The notes under the pieces: generated by a model | Database searches by the model: none | What the model was told of the DNA's origin: nothing | Seen by the model: only the letters and a program-made list of their open reading frames with translations | Shown: piece by piece, positions 10,695 to 20,811 of the stretch | Numbering within the stretch: the first letter of the stretch is position 1 | Layout of the letters: each line of letters starts with the position of its first letter | Translations under genes and position numbers: made by a program | Source: Bacteroidota bacterium | Lineage (GTDB): Bacteria; Bacteroidota; Bacteroidia; Bacteroidales; F082 | Length of the DNA stretch: 58,810 bases | Direction of reading: 5' to 3' | NCBI GenBank assembly: GCA_024280235.1 | Contig: JAJRQN010000238.1 | Coordinates: 1 to 58,810 of the forward strand

Positions 10695-11168
10695 TTACGT
10701 CCAGGTTTTAAACGGATGTTTCTTCAACATTGAGTTATAGTATCTTTTGTCGCCGGTAACTTCCCTGCCCAGCCACAGAGGTTTCTCGAAAAGCCTATTT
10801 TCGTTGGGGAGTTCAATTTCCGCAACTATCAGTCCTTTGTTCTCATCGTGAAATTCATCTACTTCAAAAAATAAGCCGCCGGAAGCGGGGATAATGTGCC
10901 GTGTTTTGTCGATAACACCCGGTTCGCAAAGCTCCATCAGCACTTTTGCCTCCTCCACCGGAATTTCCATTTCCCATTCAAACCGGCTGATACCGGTTTT
11001 ATTCATCGGCCCTTTGATGGTCAGATAGCCGGAGTCATCTTTAATACGGACTCTGACTGTTCTTTCCGGTACGGACGATAAATACCCCTGTGTAATACGT
11101 AAAGATTTGATAACAAGTGATTTGTAGTCGCCTTCTACCAAAAACTTCCGCTCAATTTCCTGTAACAT
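10695..11168 (-). CDS. CYTH domain protein
   Basis: EIERKFLV, QGYL, RVRI, EVDEF, AEIEL and WLGREVT motifs. Confidence 0.92.
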   Translation of the reverse strand: MLQEIERKFLVEGDYKSLVIKSLRITQGYLSSVPERTVRVRIKDDSGYLTIKGPMNKTGISRFEWEMEIPVEEAKVLMELCEPGVIDKTRHIIPASGGLFFEVDEFHDENKGLIVAEIELPNENRLFEKPLWLGREVTGDKRYYNSMLKKHPFKTWT

Positions 11169-11436
11169 GACACAATTTTTTTACAAAAATAGCTTAATTG
11201 CTGAAAGTTATGATCGTGGCTGTACATAAAGTCAAGAGTATGGAATAGGAAGTTTGCTAACGAGGCTTGCGAGTTTTGAGTATCAGGAGTTTACTTTTGT
11301 AAATGACTGATTTGAAGATAAGCTTAACAAAGAGATTGACGTTTTCCGGCAGCCACTATTTAGCAAGATTAGCTTACTTTTGTACTGTACAATCTATTTT
11401 TAATTACATTTGTACGAATATCATTTTCAAGGAACC

Positions 11437-11712
11437 ATGACAACCAAAGAGAAAAAGCTTCCAAATGCCGGTACAGACACCCGGGAAGATCCGGGGAAAA
11501 GGCTCATTCTTTTTAATGACGATATTAATACCTTCGATTTTGTGATTAAGACATTAATAGAAGTTTGCGGCCACGATCCTCATCAGGCCGAAAATTGCGT
11601 TATGATTGCCCATTTCAAAGGAAAATGCGCAATAAAAAAAGGGGCTTTGGAAGACTTAAAGCCATGTTATGAAACATTGATTCTTAAGAGGTTAACTGTG
11701 GAAATACAATAA
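11437..11712 (+). CDS. clpS: Clp protease adaptor ClpS
   Basis: LFNDDINTFDFVI and AHFKGK; ATG 11437 chosen because TACATTTG lies at 11405-11412. Confidence 0.88.
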   Translation: MTTKEKKLPNAGTDTREDPGKRLILFNDDINTFDFVIKTLIEVCGHDPHQAENCVMIAHFKGKCAIKKGALEDLKPCYETLILKRLTVEIQ

Positions 11713-11716
11713 GTTT

Positions 11717-12184
11717 ATGTGGGCTGTAATTATTATTTTGATTCTCGTTGGGTTAGTTCTGCTGGCTTTGGAGATTATGGTAATTCCGGGAGTCGGAATT
11801 ACAGGAATACTGGGCTTTCTGTTCATGGCAGAAGGAGTTTGGCTTGCCTATTCGAGAGAAGGTTCTGCGGCCGGAAATATTACTTTAATCCTCACCATTT
11901 TGGTAAGTGCCCTCAGCATGGTGGTCATGCTTCGCTCAAAAACATGGAAAAAAGCACAATTAAAAACTTCTGTCTCAGGTAAAGTGCGAACGCTTGATGA
12001 TATGCATCTAAAAGTAGGAATGCGTGGGAAAACAACTTCTCGATGCGCACCAATAGGTAAAGCCGTCTTTGGCAATAATCATATAGAGGTTGATTCAGGA
12101 ACGGACTATTTGAAAACCGGAACTCCGGTTGAGATTGTTAGAATATATAGAAATAAAATTTTTATTAAAAACATAACAACTTAA
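11717..12184 (+). CDS. Short NfeD-family membrane protein
   Basis: LE...PG.G..G hydrophobic N-terminus and OB-fold-like C-terminus; adjacent to floA. Confidence 0.8.
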   Translation: MWAVIIILILVGLVLLALEIMVIPGVGITGILGFLFMAEGVWLAYSREGSAAGNITLILTILVSALSMVVMLRSKTWKKAQLKTSVSGKVRTLDDMHLKVGMRGKTTSRCAPIGKAVFGNNHIEVDSGTDYLKTGTPVEIVRIYRNKIFIKNITT

Positions 12185-12188
12185 TATC

Positions 12189-13175
12189 ATGGGAAGTACT
12201 TATATCATTTTTGCAGGTGCCATTGGCGCAATTTTTATCCTTTGGATTTTACTTTACTTTATTCCGGTCGGGCTTTGGTTTACAGCCTTTGTTTCCGGGG
12301 TTCGCATTTCTCTCATTCAGCTGGTTCTTATGCGCTGGCGAAAAGTTCCTCCGGGTGTAATTGTCCGAAGTCTGATTACTGCCACCAAAGCGGGGCTTCA
12401 TCTAAAACGCGATGACCTTGAAGCTCATTTCCTTGCAGGAGGCAGGGTGCAGCAGGTAGTCAACTCTCTGATCTCCGCCGACAAAGCCAATATAGATTTG
12501 AATTTTAAAACAGCTACCGCCATTGACCTCGCAGGTCGTGATGTACTCGAAGCAGTACAAATGTCGGTAAACCCGAAAGTAATCGACACCAAAAGGGTAA
12601 CTGCCGTTGCCAAGGATGGAATTCAGCTGATTGCCACCGCGAGAGTTACCGTACGTGCAAGCATTCAGCAATTGGTAGGTGGTGCCGGCGAAGAAACCGT
12701 TTTGGCCCGCGTGGGTGAAGGTATTGTATCTTCCATTGGTTCAGCTCATTCGCACAAAGAGGTTTTGGAAAATCCGGACAGCATCTCACGGGTAGTTCTT
12801 GAAAAAGGACTTGACTCGGGAACAGCTTTTGAAATTCTGTCCATCGACATTGCCGACATCGACATAGGTAAAAATATTGGCGCCGTTTTGCAAATGGATC
12901 AGGCTAACGCCGATAAAAATATTGCACAGGCTAAAGCTGAAGAACGCCGGGCTATGGCCGTGGCAAGCGAGCAGGAAATGAAAGCCAAAGCTCAGGAAGC
13001 CAAAGCCAACGTTATCCAGGCCGAAGCCGAAATCCCCATGGCCATTGCCGAAGCTTTTCGTTCGGGAAACCTGGGCATCATGGATTATTACAGGTACAAA
13101 AACATTCAGGCCGACACCAAAATGCGTGATTCCATCGCCGAAGATCCTGGGACAGAGCCGCATGACAAAAAGTAA
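12189..13175 (+). CDS. floA: Flotillin-like protein FloA (UPF0365)
   Basis: [39 protein letters not shown] and GIMDYY motifs. Confidence 0.93.
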   Translation: MGSTYIIFAGAIGAIFILWILLYFIPVGLWFTAFVSGVRISLIQLVLMRWRKVPPGVIVRSLITATKAGLHLKRDDLEAHFLAGGRVQQVVNSLISADKANIDLNFKTATAIDLAGRDVLEAVQMSVNPKVIDTKRVTAVAKDGIQLIATARVTVRASIQQLVGGAGEETVLARVGEGIVSSIGSAHSHKEVLENPDSISRVVLEKGLDSGTAFEILSIDIADIDIGKNIGAVLQMDQANADKNIAQAKAEERRAMAVASEQEMKAKAQEAKANVIQAEAEIPMAIAEAFRSGNLGIMDYYRYKNIQADTKMRDSIAEDPGTEPHDKK

Positions 13176-13521
13176 GTCAGAATAGCAAATCATTTTTGCC
13201 AAGACAACCAAACAGCAATGGAAGATTTGACAGAACCGGACATCTCCGATTATCTCAGGATGTGTGGACTTTATTATGAGGTTAATAATTCATTGAATAT
13301 TAGTGTGCTGAGTACTAACAATTGTTATCTTGCTTTACGGATAGTTTTCAAATATTACTGAAAAAGTATTTTTATGGTTAGTTTTTAACGTACAACGATA
13401 TCAGATTCTATTGACAAGCAGCCAAATGAAAATTTCACTCCTCATACCCAAAAAAGAGAATATTATCCGGCTATGAAAAATGAAGTATTTTTGTTCTTGC
13501 GGCAAAAACAGAAGCGTATTT

Positions 13522-13640
13522 TTCCCAAAACGAGATTGACTTTCCCATTTTGGGAATAAACAAAGGGGTGTTAAGAAGTGTAATGTTATTATTATCAGTA
13601 GTTTAGCTTTACACCTTAAAAGAGAGGCTTAATTTTTGCA
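13522..13640 (+). promoter_or_regulatory. Putative sigma-54 promoter with IHF site and paired upstream activator sites
   Basis: TTCCCAAAACGAGAT (13522) and palindrome TTCCCATTTTGGGAA (13542); TATCAGTAGTTTA fits WATCARNNNNTTR (13593); GG-N10-GC at 13626-13639. Confidence 0.55.
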
Positions 13641-13682
13641 ATACTTTTTAAGAGATATTATTATTCATCAAACAATAAAACA

Positions 13683-15563
13683 ATGAAAACAAAAAATTTA
13701 TTTTTCACGGTAGTCCTGTTGATAATGGCAGGACTTATCTTCCAGTCATGCAACAAGGCTCCCTCCCCCGATAACGGATCTCCGTTGGATAATTTAAAAA
13801 TTCCGGATGGATTTAAGTTTGAATCAACGCATGTAGAAGACATCACGATTAATATGCCTTCTACGGTAAATTTCAGCAAAGACAAAAGCCGTTTCAATCT
13901 CTACACCAACGATCCTGCTAAGGGCGGAAAGCTGATTACTGCCGGAAGCTTTGACACAAAAGGTCATTGGACAGGTGAGGTTCGTGTCCCCACGGCTTTA
14001 GATTCCATTTTTGTACAAACTATTGCAGGCAGCCAGAAAGTCGGATTGACAGCACAAAATGTGAAAGGCAGCGGTGTCATCATAAACTTTGGTGAAGATT
14101 ACGGAACAACACCTCCCGATACAATTCCCACAGCAACAAAATCAAGCTACTTTTCAAATTTGGCTTCCGGCAAATATAAAAGCATGCGTGTCAACAACCT
14201 GGTGCAAAATGGCAATTTTGAAAGCAATGACTTTGGAAATATACCGGGTTGGGGAAATTATCATCCCATAGATGGAAAATGGTATTTTACCAATTATTAC
14301 AACATGAAAATGGACTGGTATAATGATGGAGGCAATCATGTAATACGTACACCGATTAATAACACAACGACTTATTATGGCGGAGCTTCACAAATGGTTG
14401 CTGCACAGCCGGGCGATTTAATCACATTTTCTGCCGATGTCAAATCTGTCGGTATCAAGACAAAACTCCATTCATGGCTATACCTGATTCCTAAAAATGC
14501 CAATAATCAGTCATTGGCTTATTATTGGGTCCAGTACCAGTATCCTTCACATAATTGGACAACAAAGACAATTGCTGCTACAATGCCAGCAGGAACGGTT
14601 TCCGTTCAGGTTCTGTTCTGGACATGGGATTACAGCGGAGGAAGCTCTTCCATCTACTTTGATAATGCAGTAGTAACAGGCCCCATAAAAGATACTGATG
14701 GCGATGGTGTGGACGACGACATGGACGACTATCCTAACGATCCCACTCGGGCTTTCAACGTATACTACCCAAACCAAACCGACTGGGGAACGCTGGCTTT
14801 TGAAGACTTATGGCCTGGAAAAGGCGATTATGATTTCAATGACCTGATTTTGGATTACCATTTCAAATCGGTTTTAAACGCTTCAAATCAGCTGGTTGAA
14901 TTCTTTACCGATTACTCCGTACGTGCCGTTGGAGCCAGCCTGAAAAACGGATTCGGCTTTATGCTGGGTGGAAATCCTTCTAATGTGGCTTCTGTTACAG
15001 GAACCCATTACACCGAAAACTATATCCACACAAATGCAAACGGTACCGAACAAGGACAATCTAAAACAGTCATCGTACTGTTTGACAATGCTTTCAGAAT
15101 GATTGGCAGCTCAGGCTCCGCATTTATAAATACCAAAACAGACGTGCCTTATGTAGATCCGGATACAAACCAGCTTCATGTTCTTTATCAAACTCCCGTT
15201 TCGGTAAACACAACCGGAACAGCTCCTTACAACCCCTTCATCATTGTGAACGGAGAACGGGGCAAAGAAGTTCACCTGGCAGGACAGCAACCTACCGACC
15301 TGGTTAACACTTCCTATTTTGGCACTTATGCCGATGCCACCGATCCGGCTACCGGGAAATATTACCAAACGGAAAACAACCTACCCTGGGGACTTGATCT
15401 GCCTGTATCTTTTGCTTATCCTGTGGAACAGGTGGACATTCTCAGTGCCTACAACCACTTTGGCCAATGGGCCGAATCAGGTGGCAATGATTATCCCGAC
15501 TGGTACATGGACAAACCAGGCTACCGTGTGAGTACCAATATTTATACTCCGCCAACTAATTAG
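13683..15563 (+). CDS. LruC/DUF4842-domain lipoprotein with a CBM-like insert
   Basis: Lipobox IFQSC; NGNFE..YFDN CBM-like module; DTDGDGVDD..DDYP.DP; AFEDLWP.KGDYDFND; PW and YP.E motifs. Confidence 0.85.
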   Translation: MKTKNLFFTVVLLIMAGLIFQSCNKAPSPDNGSPLDNLKIPDGFKFESTHVEDITINMPSTVNFSKDKSRFNLYTNDPAKGGKLITAGSFDTKGHWTGEVRVPTALDSIFVQTIAGSQKVGLTAQNVKGSGVIINFGEDYGTTPPDTIPTATKSSYFSNLASGKYKSMRVNNLVQNGNFESNDFGNIPGWGNYHPIDGKWYFTNYYNMKMDWYNDGGNHVIRTPINNTTTYYGGASQMVAAQPGDLITFSADVKSVGIKTKLHSWLYLIPKNANNQSLAYYWVQYQYPSHNWTTKTIAATMPAGTVSVQVLFWTWDYSGGSSSIYFDNAVVTGPIKDTDGDGVDDDMDDYPNDPTRAFNVYYPNQTDWGTLAFEDLWPGKGDYDFNDLILDYHFKSVLNASNQLVEFFTDYSVRAVGASLKNGFGFMLGGNPSNVASVTGTHYTENYIHTNANGTEQGQSKTVIVLFDNAFRMIGSSGSAFINTKTDVPYVDPDTNQLHVLYQTPVSVNTTGTAPYNPFIIVNGERGKEVHLAGQQPTDLVNTSYFGTYADATDPATGKYYQTENNLPWGLDLPVSFAYPVEQVDILSAYNHFGQWAESGGNDYPDWYMDKPGYRVSTNIYTPPTN

Positions 15564-15585
15564 AAAATATTTGTTTTTATTGTTT

Positions 15586-15620
15586 AAAGCCTGTTTCAAA
15601 TTGTGAGACAGGCTTTTTTT
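15586..15620 (+). terminator. Intrinsic terminator
   Basis: aaagcctgtttca/tgagacaggcttt stem followed by a T run. Confidence 0.8.
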
Positions 15621-15662
15621 ACCTATCCGGAAATTACCAGATACTTAGACAGGATTTCATAA

Positions 15663-15810
15663 TTAGGGTTTGCTGAAAAACTCAGATGTGCGTCAGATTT
15701 GGATTTTATTAAGTGGAAATGTATCCATATACTTCCTCAAATCCCCTCTAATTATCCCGATAGTCCTTCGGAAATTCAAGTCGCCTGCGAACCTAATTAT
15801 CTGAAACAGT
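15663..15810. mobile_element. Degenerate MITE-like remnant (one end only)
   Basis: Begins TTA|GGGTTTGCTGAAAAAC, resembling the 27474 MITE end and the 5208/7068 repeat; no matching right end found. Confidence 0.35.
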
Positions 15811-15835
15811 TAGCTAAGCTTATATCGAACTCATG

Positions 15836-17299
15836 TTAATAATATGTCGGTCTTAAAACGCCGCCGATCATCTTCGCCACACGGATTACCTGAATGGCAT
15901 AGCCAAACTCATTGTCGTACCATACATATATAACAATACTCTTTTTGTCGGAGGAGATCTTGGTGGCAGGACTGTCAAAAATGGAAGTACCAGGCTCTCC
16001 CACAAAGTCGGACGAAACAGCATCGTTGGAGGTAGAATATTTGATTTGCCGTACAAGATCGCCTTCTAACGAAGCTTTACGCATAAGCTCGTTCACCTGC
16101 TCCACCGTAGTCTCCTTTTTCAAGGTCAGCGACATAATAACGAGTGAAACATTGGGCGTTGGAACACGGATAGCATTTCCTGTAAGTTTTCCTTTCAGAC
16201 TGGGAACCGCTTTGGTTACAGCTTCTGCGGCACCTGTTTCGGTAATAACCATGTTGATAGGTGCCGAGCGTCCCCGACGATATTTTTTATGGTAGTTGTC
16301 CAAAAGGTTCTGGTCGTTGGTGTAAGAGTGTATGGTTTCCAAATGACCTTTTTCGATACCGAAAGTTTTTTCAATAAGATACAAAACAGGGCTGGAAGCA
16401 TTTGTAGTACATGAAGCAGCAGAAAAAATACGTTCAGTTTTCACATCTACACCTTTATCATTCACACCGTACACAATGTTGGGAATGTCGCCTTTACCGG
16501 GAGCTGTGAGCAATACTTTATCCACTCCTTTGGCTTTCAGATGGCGGCTGAGGCTTTTCCTGTCACGAAAAACACCGGTATTGTCAATCAAAATAGCATT
16601 GTTGATTCCATATTCCGTGTAGTCAATGTCTTCCGGATTTTGTGCGGCCAGCATCAGCACTTTATGACCATTGATATAAATAGTTTTTTCTTCAAGATTT
16701 TCAATAGCAACGCCTCTGAAAGGACCATGAACAGAATCGTGACGGAAAAGTGAAGCCCTTTTGATAATGTGCAGGTCATCGTTTCCACGGGTAACGATGG
16801 CACGCACACGCAGTTGACTACCGTTTCCCTGGATAATGAGTTGCCGTGCCAGCAACCGTCCGATACGTCCGAAACCATACAAAATGACATCACGCGGTTT
16901 AAATGCTTTGACATTTCCGGACTTCAGATGCTTCAACTTGATATTGATAAAATCTTCTTCATCAAGGTAGTTTTTCTTCTCTTCAATCCATTCACGGTTA
17001 AGCCGGCCAATGTCAATGCGAGACATTCCAATGTCAGAATGCAAAATTGCTTTGGCAAGTTTCAGTGAATCTTTAATGTGCAGTGGCCTGTCGATAATAT
17101 TCTCTGCATAAGAGTGCTTGTACAGAATCAAACTGGCGCTGCGGTCAATCAGCTGGTCGCGAAACAAAGCCAGTTCAATAGATTTGTCGTAAAAAAGTTT
17201 GTAAACAACACTGATAAATTCGTTAGCCAGTTTTTCCTGATAGGACCAATCGTTCAGGGAATTTTCATAATTCCCGTTCATGTCTTTTTTTGGGGTCAT
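15836..17299 (-). CDS. gap: Glyceraldehyde-3-phosphate dehydrogenase, long form with N-terminal extension
   Basis: YGFGRIGR, SAASCTTN, HSYTNDQ, RVPTPNVS and WYDNEFGY motifs. Confidence 0.93.
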   Translation of the reverse strand: MTPKKDMNGNYENSLNDWSYQEKLANEFISVVYKLFYDKSIELALFRDQLIDRSASLILYKHSYAENIIDRPLHIKDSLKLAKAILHSDIGMSRIDIGRLNREWIEEKKNYLDEEDFINIKLKHLKSGNVKAFKPRDVILYGFGRIGRLLARQLIIQGNGSQLRVRAIVTRGNDDLHIIKRASLFRHDSVHGPFRGVAIENLEEKTIYINGHKVLMLAAQNPEDIDYTEYGINNAILIDNTGVFRDRKSLSRHLKAKGVDKVLLTAPGKGDIPNIVYGVNDKGVDVKTERIFSAASCTTNASSPVLYLIEKTFGIEKGHLETIHSYTNDQNLLDNYHKKYRRGRSAPINMVITETGAAEAVTKAVPSLKGKLTGNAIRVPTPNVSLVIMSLTLKKETTVEQVNELMRKASLEGDLVRQIKYSTSNDAVSSDFVGEPGTSIFDSPATKISSDKKSIVIYVWYDNEFGYAIQVIRVAKMIGGVLRPTYY

Positions 17300-17364
17300 T
17301 GTCCATTGATTTTTTAAAAAGGTGAGTATTTTAAATAAAGAAATAAGCTGTCGGACAAATATAT

Positions 17365-17402
17365 AAAAAAAGAAGGGAAACTGCTTTTCAGCTTTCCTTC
17401 TT
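17365..17402 (-). terminator. Intrinsic terminator after rpoD
   Basis: Imperfect agaagggaaactg/cagctttccttct stem with an A run (U run on minus strand). Confidence 0.65.
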
Positions 17403-17429
17403 TAGAAGTCTTAAAAATAATATTGTTGT

Positions 17430-18296
17430 TTACTGACCGAGATAAGCTTTCAGCAATCGGCTGCGCGAGGTATGGCGCAGGCGGCGGATGGCTTTCTCTT
17501 TGATTTGACGTACCCGCTCACGCGTCAAATCAAACTTGGCACCTATTTCCTCAAGTGTAAGACCATGGTTCATTCCAATGCCGTAATAGAGGTTAATGAC
17601 ATCACGCTCTTTTTCGCTTAATGTAGAGAGTGAACGTTCAATCTCGTGCCGCAGCGACTCCTGCATAAGCTCTTCATCAGTACCTTTGGAATCTGCAGGA
17701 GCCATCATATCTATCAACTTGGTATCTTCGTCTGGTATGATGGGCGCATCCATAGAAACAGACCGCGTTGAAATTTTCATGGCAGTATCAATCTTCTGCT
17801 CCGATACATCCATTTCATTAGCAATCTCTTTGGACGAAGGTCGTCGTTCAAATTTTTGCTCCAGCTTTGTGCTCACCTTTCTGATTTTATTCAGCGAGCC
17901 TACCTGATTTAACGGCAGACGTACAATTCGTGATTGCTCAGCCAAAGCTTGCAAAATGGACTGACGAATCCACCATACGGCATACGAAATAAATTTAAAC
18001 CCACGGGTTTCATCAAAACGCCGGGCTGCTTTGATAAGCCCTACATTTCCTTCGTTTATCAGGTCAGGAAGGCTAAGTCCCTGATTCTGATATTGCTTTG
18101 CCACAGAAACTACAAAACGAAGGTTAGCTTTTGTAAGCTTTTCCAGCGCCTGTTCATCTCCTGCTTTTATCCTGCGTGCAAGTTGTACTTCTTCTTCGGC
18201 TGTGATAAGTTCTTCCCGTCCTATCTCCTGAAGGTATTTGTCAAGAGAAGCAGTGTTTCTGTTAGTGATTGACTTAACTATTTTTAGCTGTCTCAT
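17430..18296 (-). CDS. rpoD: RpoD/SigA family sigma factor, short Bacteroidota type lacking region 1.1
   Basis: MRQLKI start, [27 protein letters not shown] and [13 protein letters not shown] motifs. Confidence 0.93.
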   Translation of the reverse strand: MRQLKIVKSITNRNTASLDKYLQEIGREELITAEEEVQLARRIKAGDEQALEKLTKANLRFVVSVAKQYQNQGLSLPDLINEGNVGLIKAARRFDETRGFKFISYAVWWIRQSILQALAEQSRIVRLPLNQVGSLNKIRKVSTKLEQKFERRPSSKEIANEMDVSEQKIDTAMKISTRSVSMDAPIIPDEDTKLIDMMAPADSKGTDEELMQESLRHEIERSLSTLSEKERDVINLYYGIGMNHGLTLEEIGAKFDLTRERVRQIKEKAIRRLRHTSRSRLLKAYLGQ

Positions 18297-18385
18297 AATA
18301 AATTAGTTCATTTTAGTTATTAATCTACGTGTTTACCTGTGAAAAGTTTCGCAATTTATTTAAAAAAGTTCTAAATTATAAATGT

Positions 18386-19837
18386 CTATGGAGCAAATTC
18401 AAAAGATATCCTCATCCCGTTGGGGTATATCCCACTTACATTCACCGTTTTATTGCTGTTCTCAGACAGCGCTTTTTCAATTTGTTTCCGGTTGTTTACC
18501 TCCCGGCCATTAACTTCTGTGATAATAAATCCGGCGGTAATACCTCCTCCCCGGAGAATGCCCTTTTGAACGCTGACGACTTTCAATCCGTGGTCGAGAT
18601 TCAGGTTTGTCAAATCATTTTCGGGGGCAGTTTTCAACATAGCTCCTAAGGTGTCGTTGTAAAATGCTTTTTGGGCTTTAATCAGTTTTGTAGTTCCGTT
18701 TTTATTTTTTAGTGTAACACGAACGGTTTCCTTTTTTCTGTCGCGCAAGAAGCTTACATTTATTATCTTGCCAGGGCTGTATTGACCGAGAATACCAAGA
18801 AGTTCGGATAGATCTTTTACAGGATGGTCGTTAATTGCAGTGATGATGTCGCCTTTTTTTATCCCGGCTTTGTAGGCTCCGCCATCCTCCACCACACCAG
18901 CCACATATACGCCGTTTAAGTCGTGTAAATTCATCTTTTTGGCAAAGCCCGCATCAATATTTTGTATTTGAACTCCTAGGTAAGCACGTTGAATCTGACC
19001 GTAATTCATAAGGTCGTTGACCACCTTTCTTACCAGATTAACCGGAATGGCAAAAGAATAACCTTCATAAGCGCCTGTTTGCGAAGCAATGGCAGCATTA
19101 ATACCAATAAGCTGGCCCGCAGTATTGACAAGTGCCCCCCCACTATTTCCGGGATTTACTGCCGCATCAGTCTGGATGTAGGACTCGATGGCAGTTTTCC
19201 CACCCAAAATATGGATATCACGTGCTATTGAACTAATAATTCCCGCTGTAACAGTCGATGTCAGATTAAATGGATTTCCCACGGCTAATACCCATTGCCC
19301 CACTTTCAGGTTGTCTGAATTGCCATAAGTCAAATAAGGCAGGTCTTTTGCATCAACTTTAATGAGCGCCAGATCGGTTGACGGGGAAGTGCCGATAATT
19401 TTAGCTACCATCTGCTGTTTGTTGTTGAAAGTTACAATGATTTTATCCGCGCCATCCACCACATGGTTATTGGTAACAATGTATCCGTTAGGCGAAATTA
19501 CTACGCCGGAGCCAAAGGCAATAAGCGCTTGTTGCTGTGGTTGTCCGTAAAGATAGCCCCGCAATGTGCCGAAAAAATCATCATAATAACGAGGTTTTAC
19601 ACCAATGATGGTTTTGATGTGTACAACGGCATTAACGGTTTTTGCGGCTGCTATGGTGAAATCGGTATTTTGAGGTAGTGCATATGAAGTTTGAACTACC
19701 GGAGTATTCTGCATCTTGCTCTTCACAGTAGGCAATGTACGCTCCGGTTGATGTTGTTTGATAAAGAAGAAAGCAATCAACAGAACGAGGATGGTTCCGG
19801 CAACTGCTCCAACGAAACTTTTAATGGTTGTTTTCAT
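18386..19837 (-). CDS. degP: HtrA/DegP serine protease with two PDZ domains
   Basis: GSGV, TNNHVV, DLAL, TDAAVNPGNSGG and GYSFAIP motifs. Confidence 0.92.
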   Translation of the reverse strand: MKTTIKSFVGAVAGTILVLLIAFFFIKQHQPERTLPTVKSKMQNTPVVQTSYALPQNTDFTIAAAKTVNAVVHIKTIIGVKPRYYDDFFGTLRGYLYGQPQQQALIAFGSGVVISPNGYIVTNNHVVDGADKIIVTFNNKQQMVAKIIGTSPSTDLALIKVDAKDLPYLTYGNSDNLKVGQWVLAVGNPFNLTSTVTAGIISSIARDIHILGGKTAIESYIQTDAAVNPGNSGGALVNTAGQLIGINAAIASQTGAYEGYSFAIPVNLVRKVVNDLMNYGQIQRAYLGVQIQNIDAGFAKKMNLHDLNGVYVAGVVEDGGAYKAGIKKGDIITAINDHPVKDLSELLGILGQYSPGKIINVSFLRDRKKETVRVTLKNKNGTTKLIKAQKAFYNDTLGAMLKTAPENDLTNLNLDHGLKVVSVQKGILRGGGITAGFIITEVNGREVNNRKQIEKALSENSNKTVNVSGIYPNGMRISFEFAP

Positions 19838-19867
19838 CTGTACCTGTTTTTGTTTTTAAAAGCATCT

Positions 19868-19875
19868 TATCTTTG
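19868..19875 (+). promoter_or_regulatory. Housekeeping -7 element pointing toward dapF
   Basis: TATCTTTG. Confidence 0.55.
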
Positions 19876-19966
19876 CTGTCTGATAAGTGTAACGTTATTC
19901 AGGAGATTTCGTTTCCCGAATGATGTTAATCTTTGTTAATCAGGCAAATTCATAAATAATGCTTTC

Positions 19967-19981
19967 GCAAAAATCCTACCA
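19967..19981 (-). promoter_or_regulatory. Putative sigma-54 promoter for degP
   Basis: Minus strand TGGTAGGATTTTTGC fits GG-N10-GC. Confidence 0.5.
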
Positions 19982-20022
19982 AACAATATGAAAAGCTTTA
20001 TTTTTAACAATTATTAAATACG

Positions 20023-20811
20023 TTGAAAATGCAATTCTATAAATTTCAGGCTAACGGAAATGATTTTATCCTGATTGATGACAGGGAAAACCTGTTTTCA
20101 TACAGCCGTGAGGAGATAGCCCGTTTTTGTAACCGGCATTTTGGTATCGGGGCCGATGGCTTGATGCTTTTGAAGTCTTCCGGCTTTTATGACTTTGACA
20201 TGACATATTTTAACTCAGATGGATATCCCGCCGAAATGTGTGGAAACGGTGGCCGGAGTATTGCTGCACTGGCATACAGGAATGGTATTGCCGGAAAAAA
20301 AATGCTGTTTTCAGCTCCGGATGGTGTTCATGAGGCAAAAATAGAAGATGTATCTGCCGGCAACCTGATTTTTGATGTTTCGCTAAAAATGCAGAATGTA
20401 AAGGATATGAAAGTTTTTGAAGACGGTTGGTTTTTAAATACGGGGGTTCCCCATTTTGTCCGGTTTGTTACTTCTGTTGAAGCAGTTGACGTAGCACATT
20501 TGGGCAGAGAAATAAGAAACGACAAAAGATTTACCCCTAAAGGCACTAACGTGGATTTTGTCGAAACAACGGAGAACGGACTTTTTGTCAGGACTTACGA
20601 GCGTGGCGTAGAAGATGAAACGCTTTCGTGCGGCACGGGAGTTACGGCTGCAGCACTATCGGCATTTTTTAAAACGGGAAAGCAGATTTCAGCCATTCAT
20701 ACTCACGGAGGTAATTTTCGTGTCAGCTTCCGGAAGACAGAAAGCGGATTTGAAGATGTCTGGCTTCGCGGAGCGGCAGAATATGTTTTTCAGGGAGAAA
20801 TTCCGGCTTAA
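20023..20811 (+). CDS. dapF: Diaminopimelate epimerase (start may be ATG 20029)
   Basis: GNDF, GIGADG, EMCGNG, GVPH and RTYERGVEDETLSCGTG motifs. Confidence 0.96.
   Translation: MKMQFYKFQANGNDFILIDDRENLFSYSREEIARFCNRHFGIGADGLMLLKSSGFYDFDMTYFNSDGYPAEMCGNGGRSIAALAYRNGIAGKKMLFSAPDGVHEAKIEDVSAGNLIFDVSLKMQNVKDMKVFEDGWFLNTGVPHFVRFVTSVEAVDVAHLGREIRNDKRFTPKGTNVDFVETTENGLFVRTYERGVEDETLSCGTGVTAAALSAFFKTGKQISAIHTHGGNFRVSFRKTESGFEDVWLRGAAEYVFQGEIPA

Noticed and set aside
13218-13361. 47-codon ORF after floA (MEDLTEPD...)
   Set aside because: No recognisable family or supporting signal.
15836-17299. N-terminal extension of GAPDH as a novel fusion
   Set aside because: Long-form GAPDHs of about 480 aa are a known subfamily.
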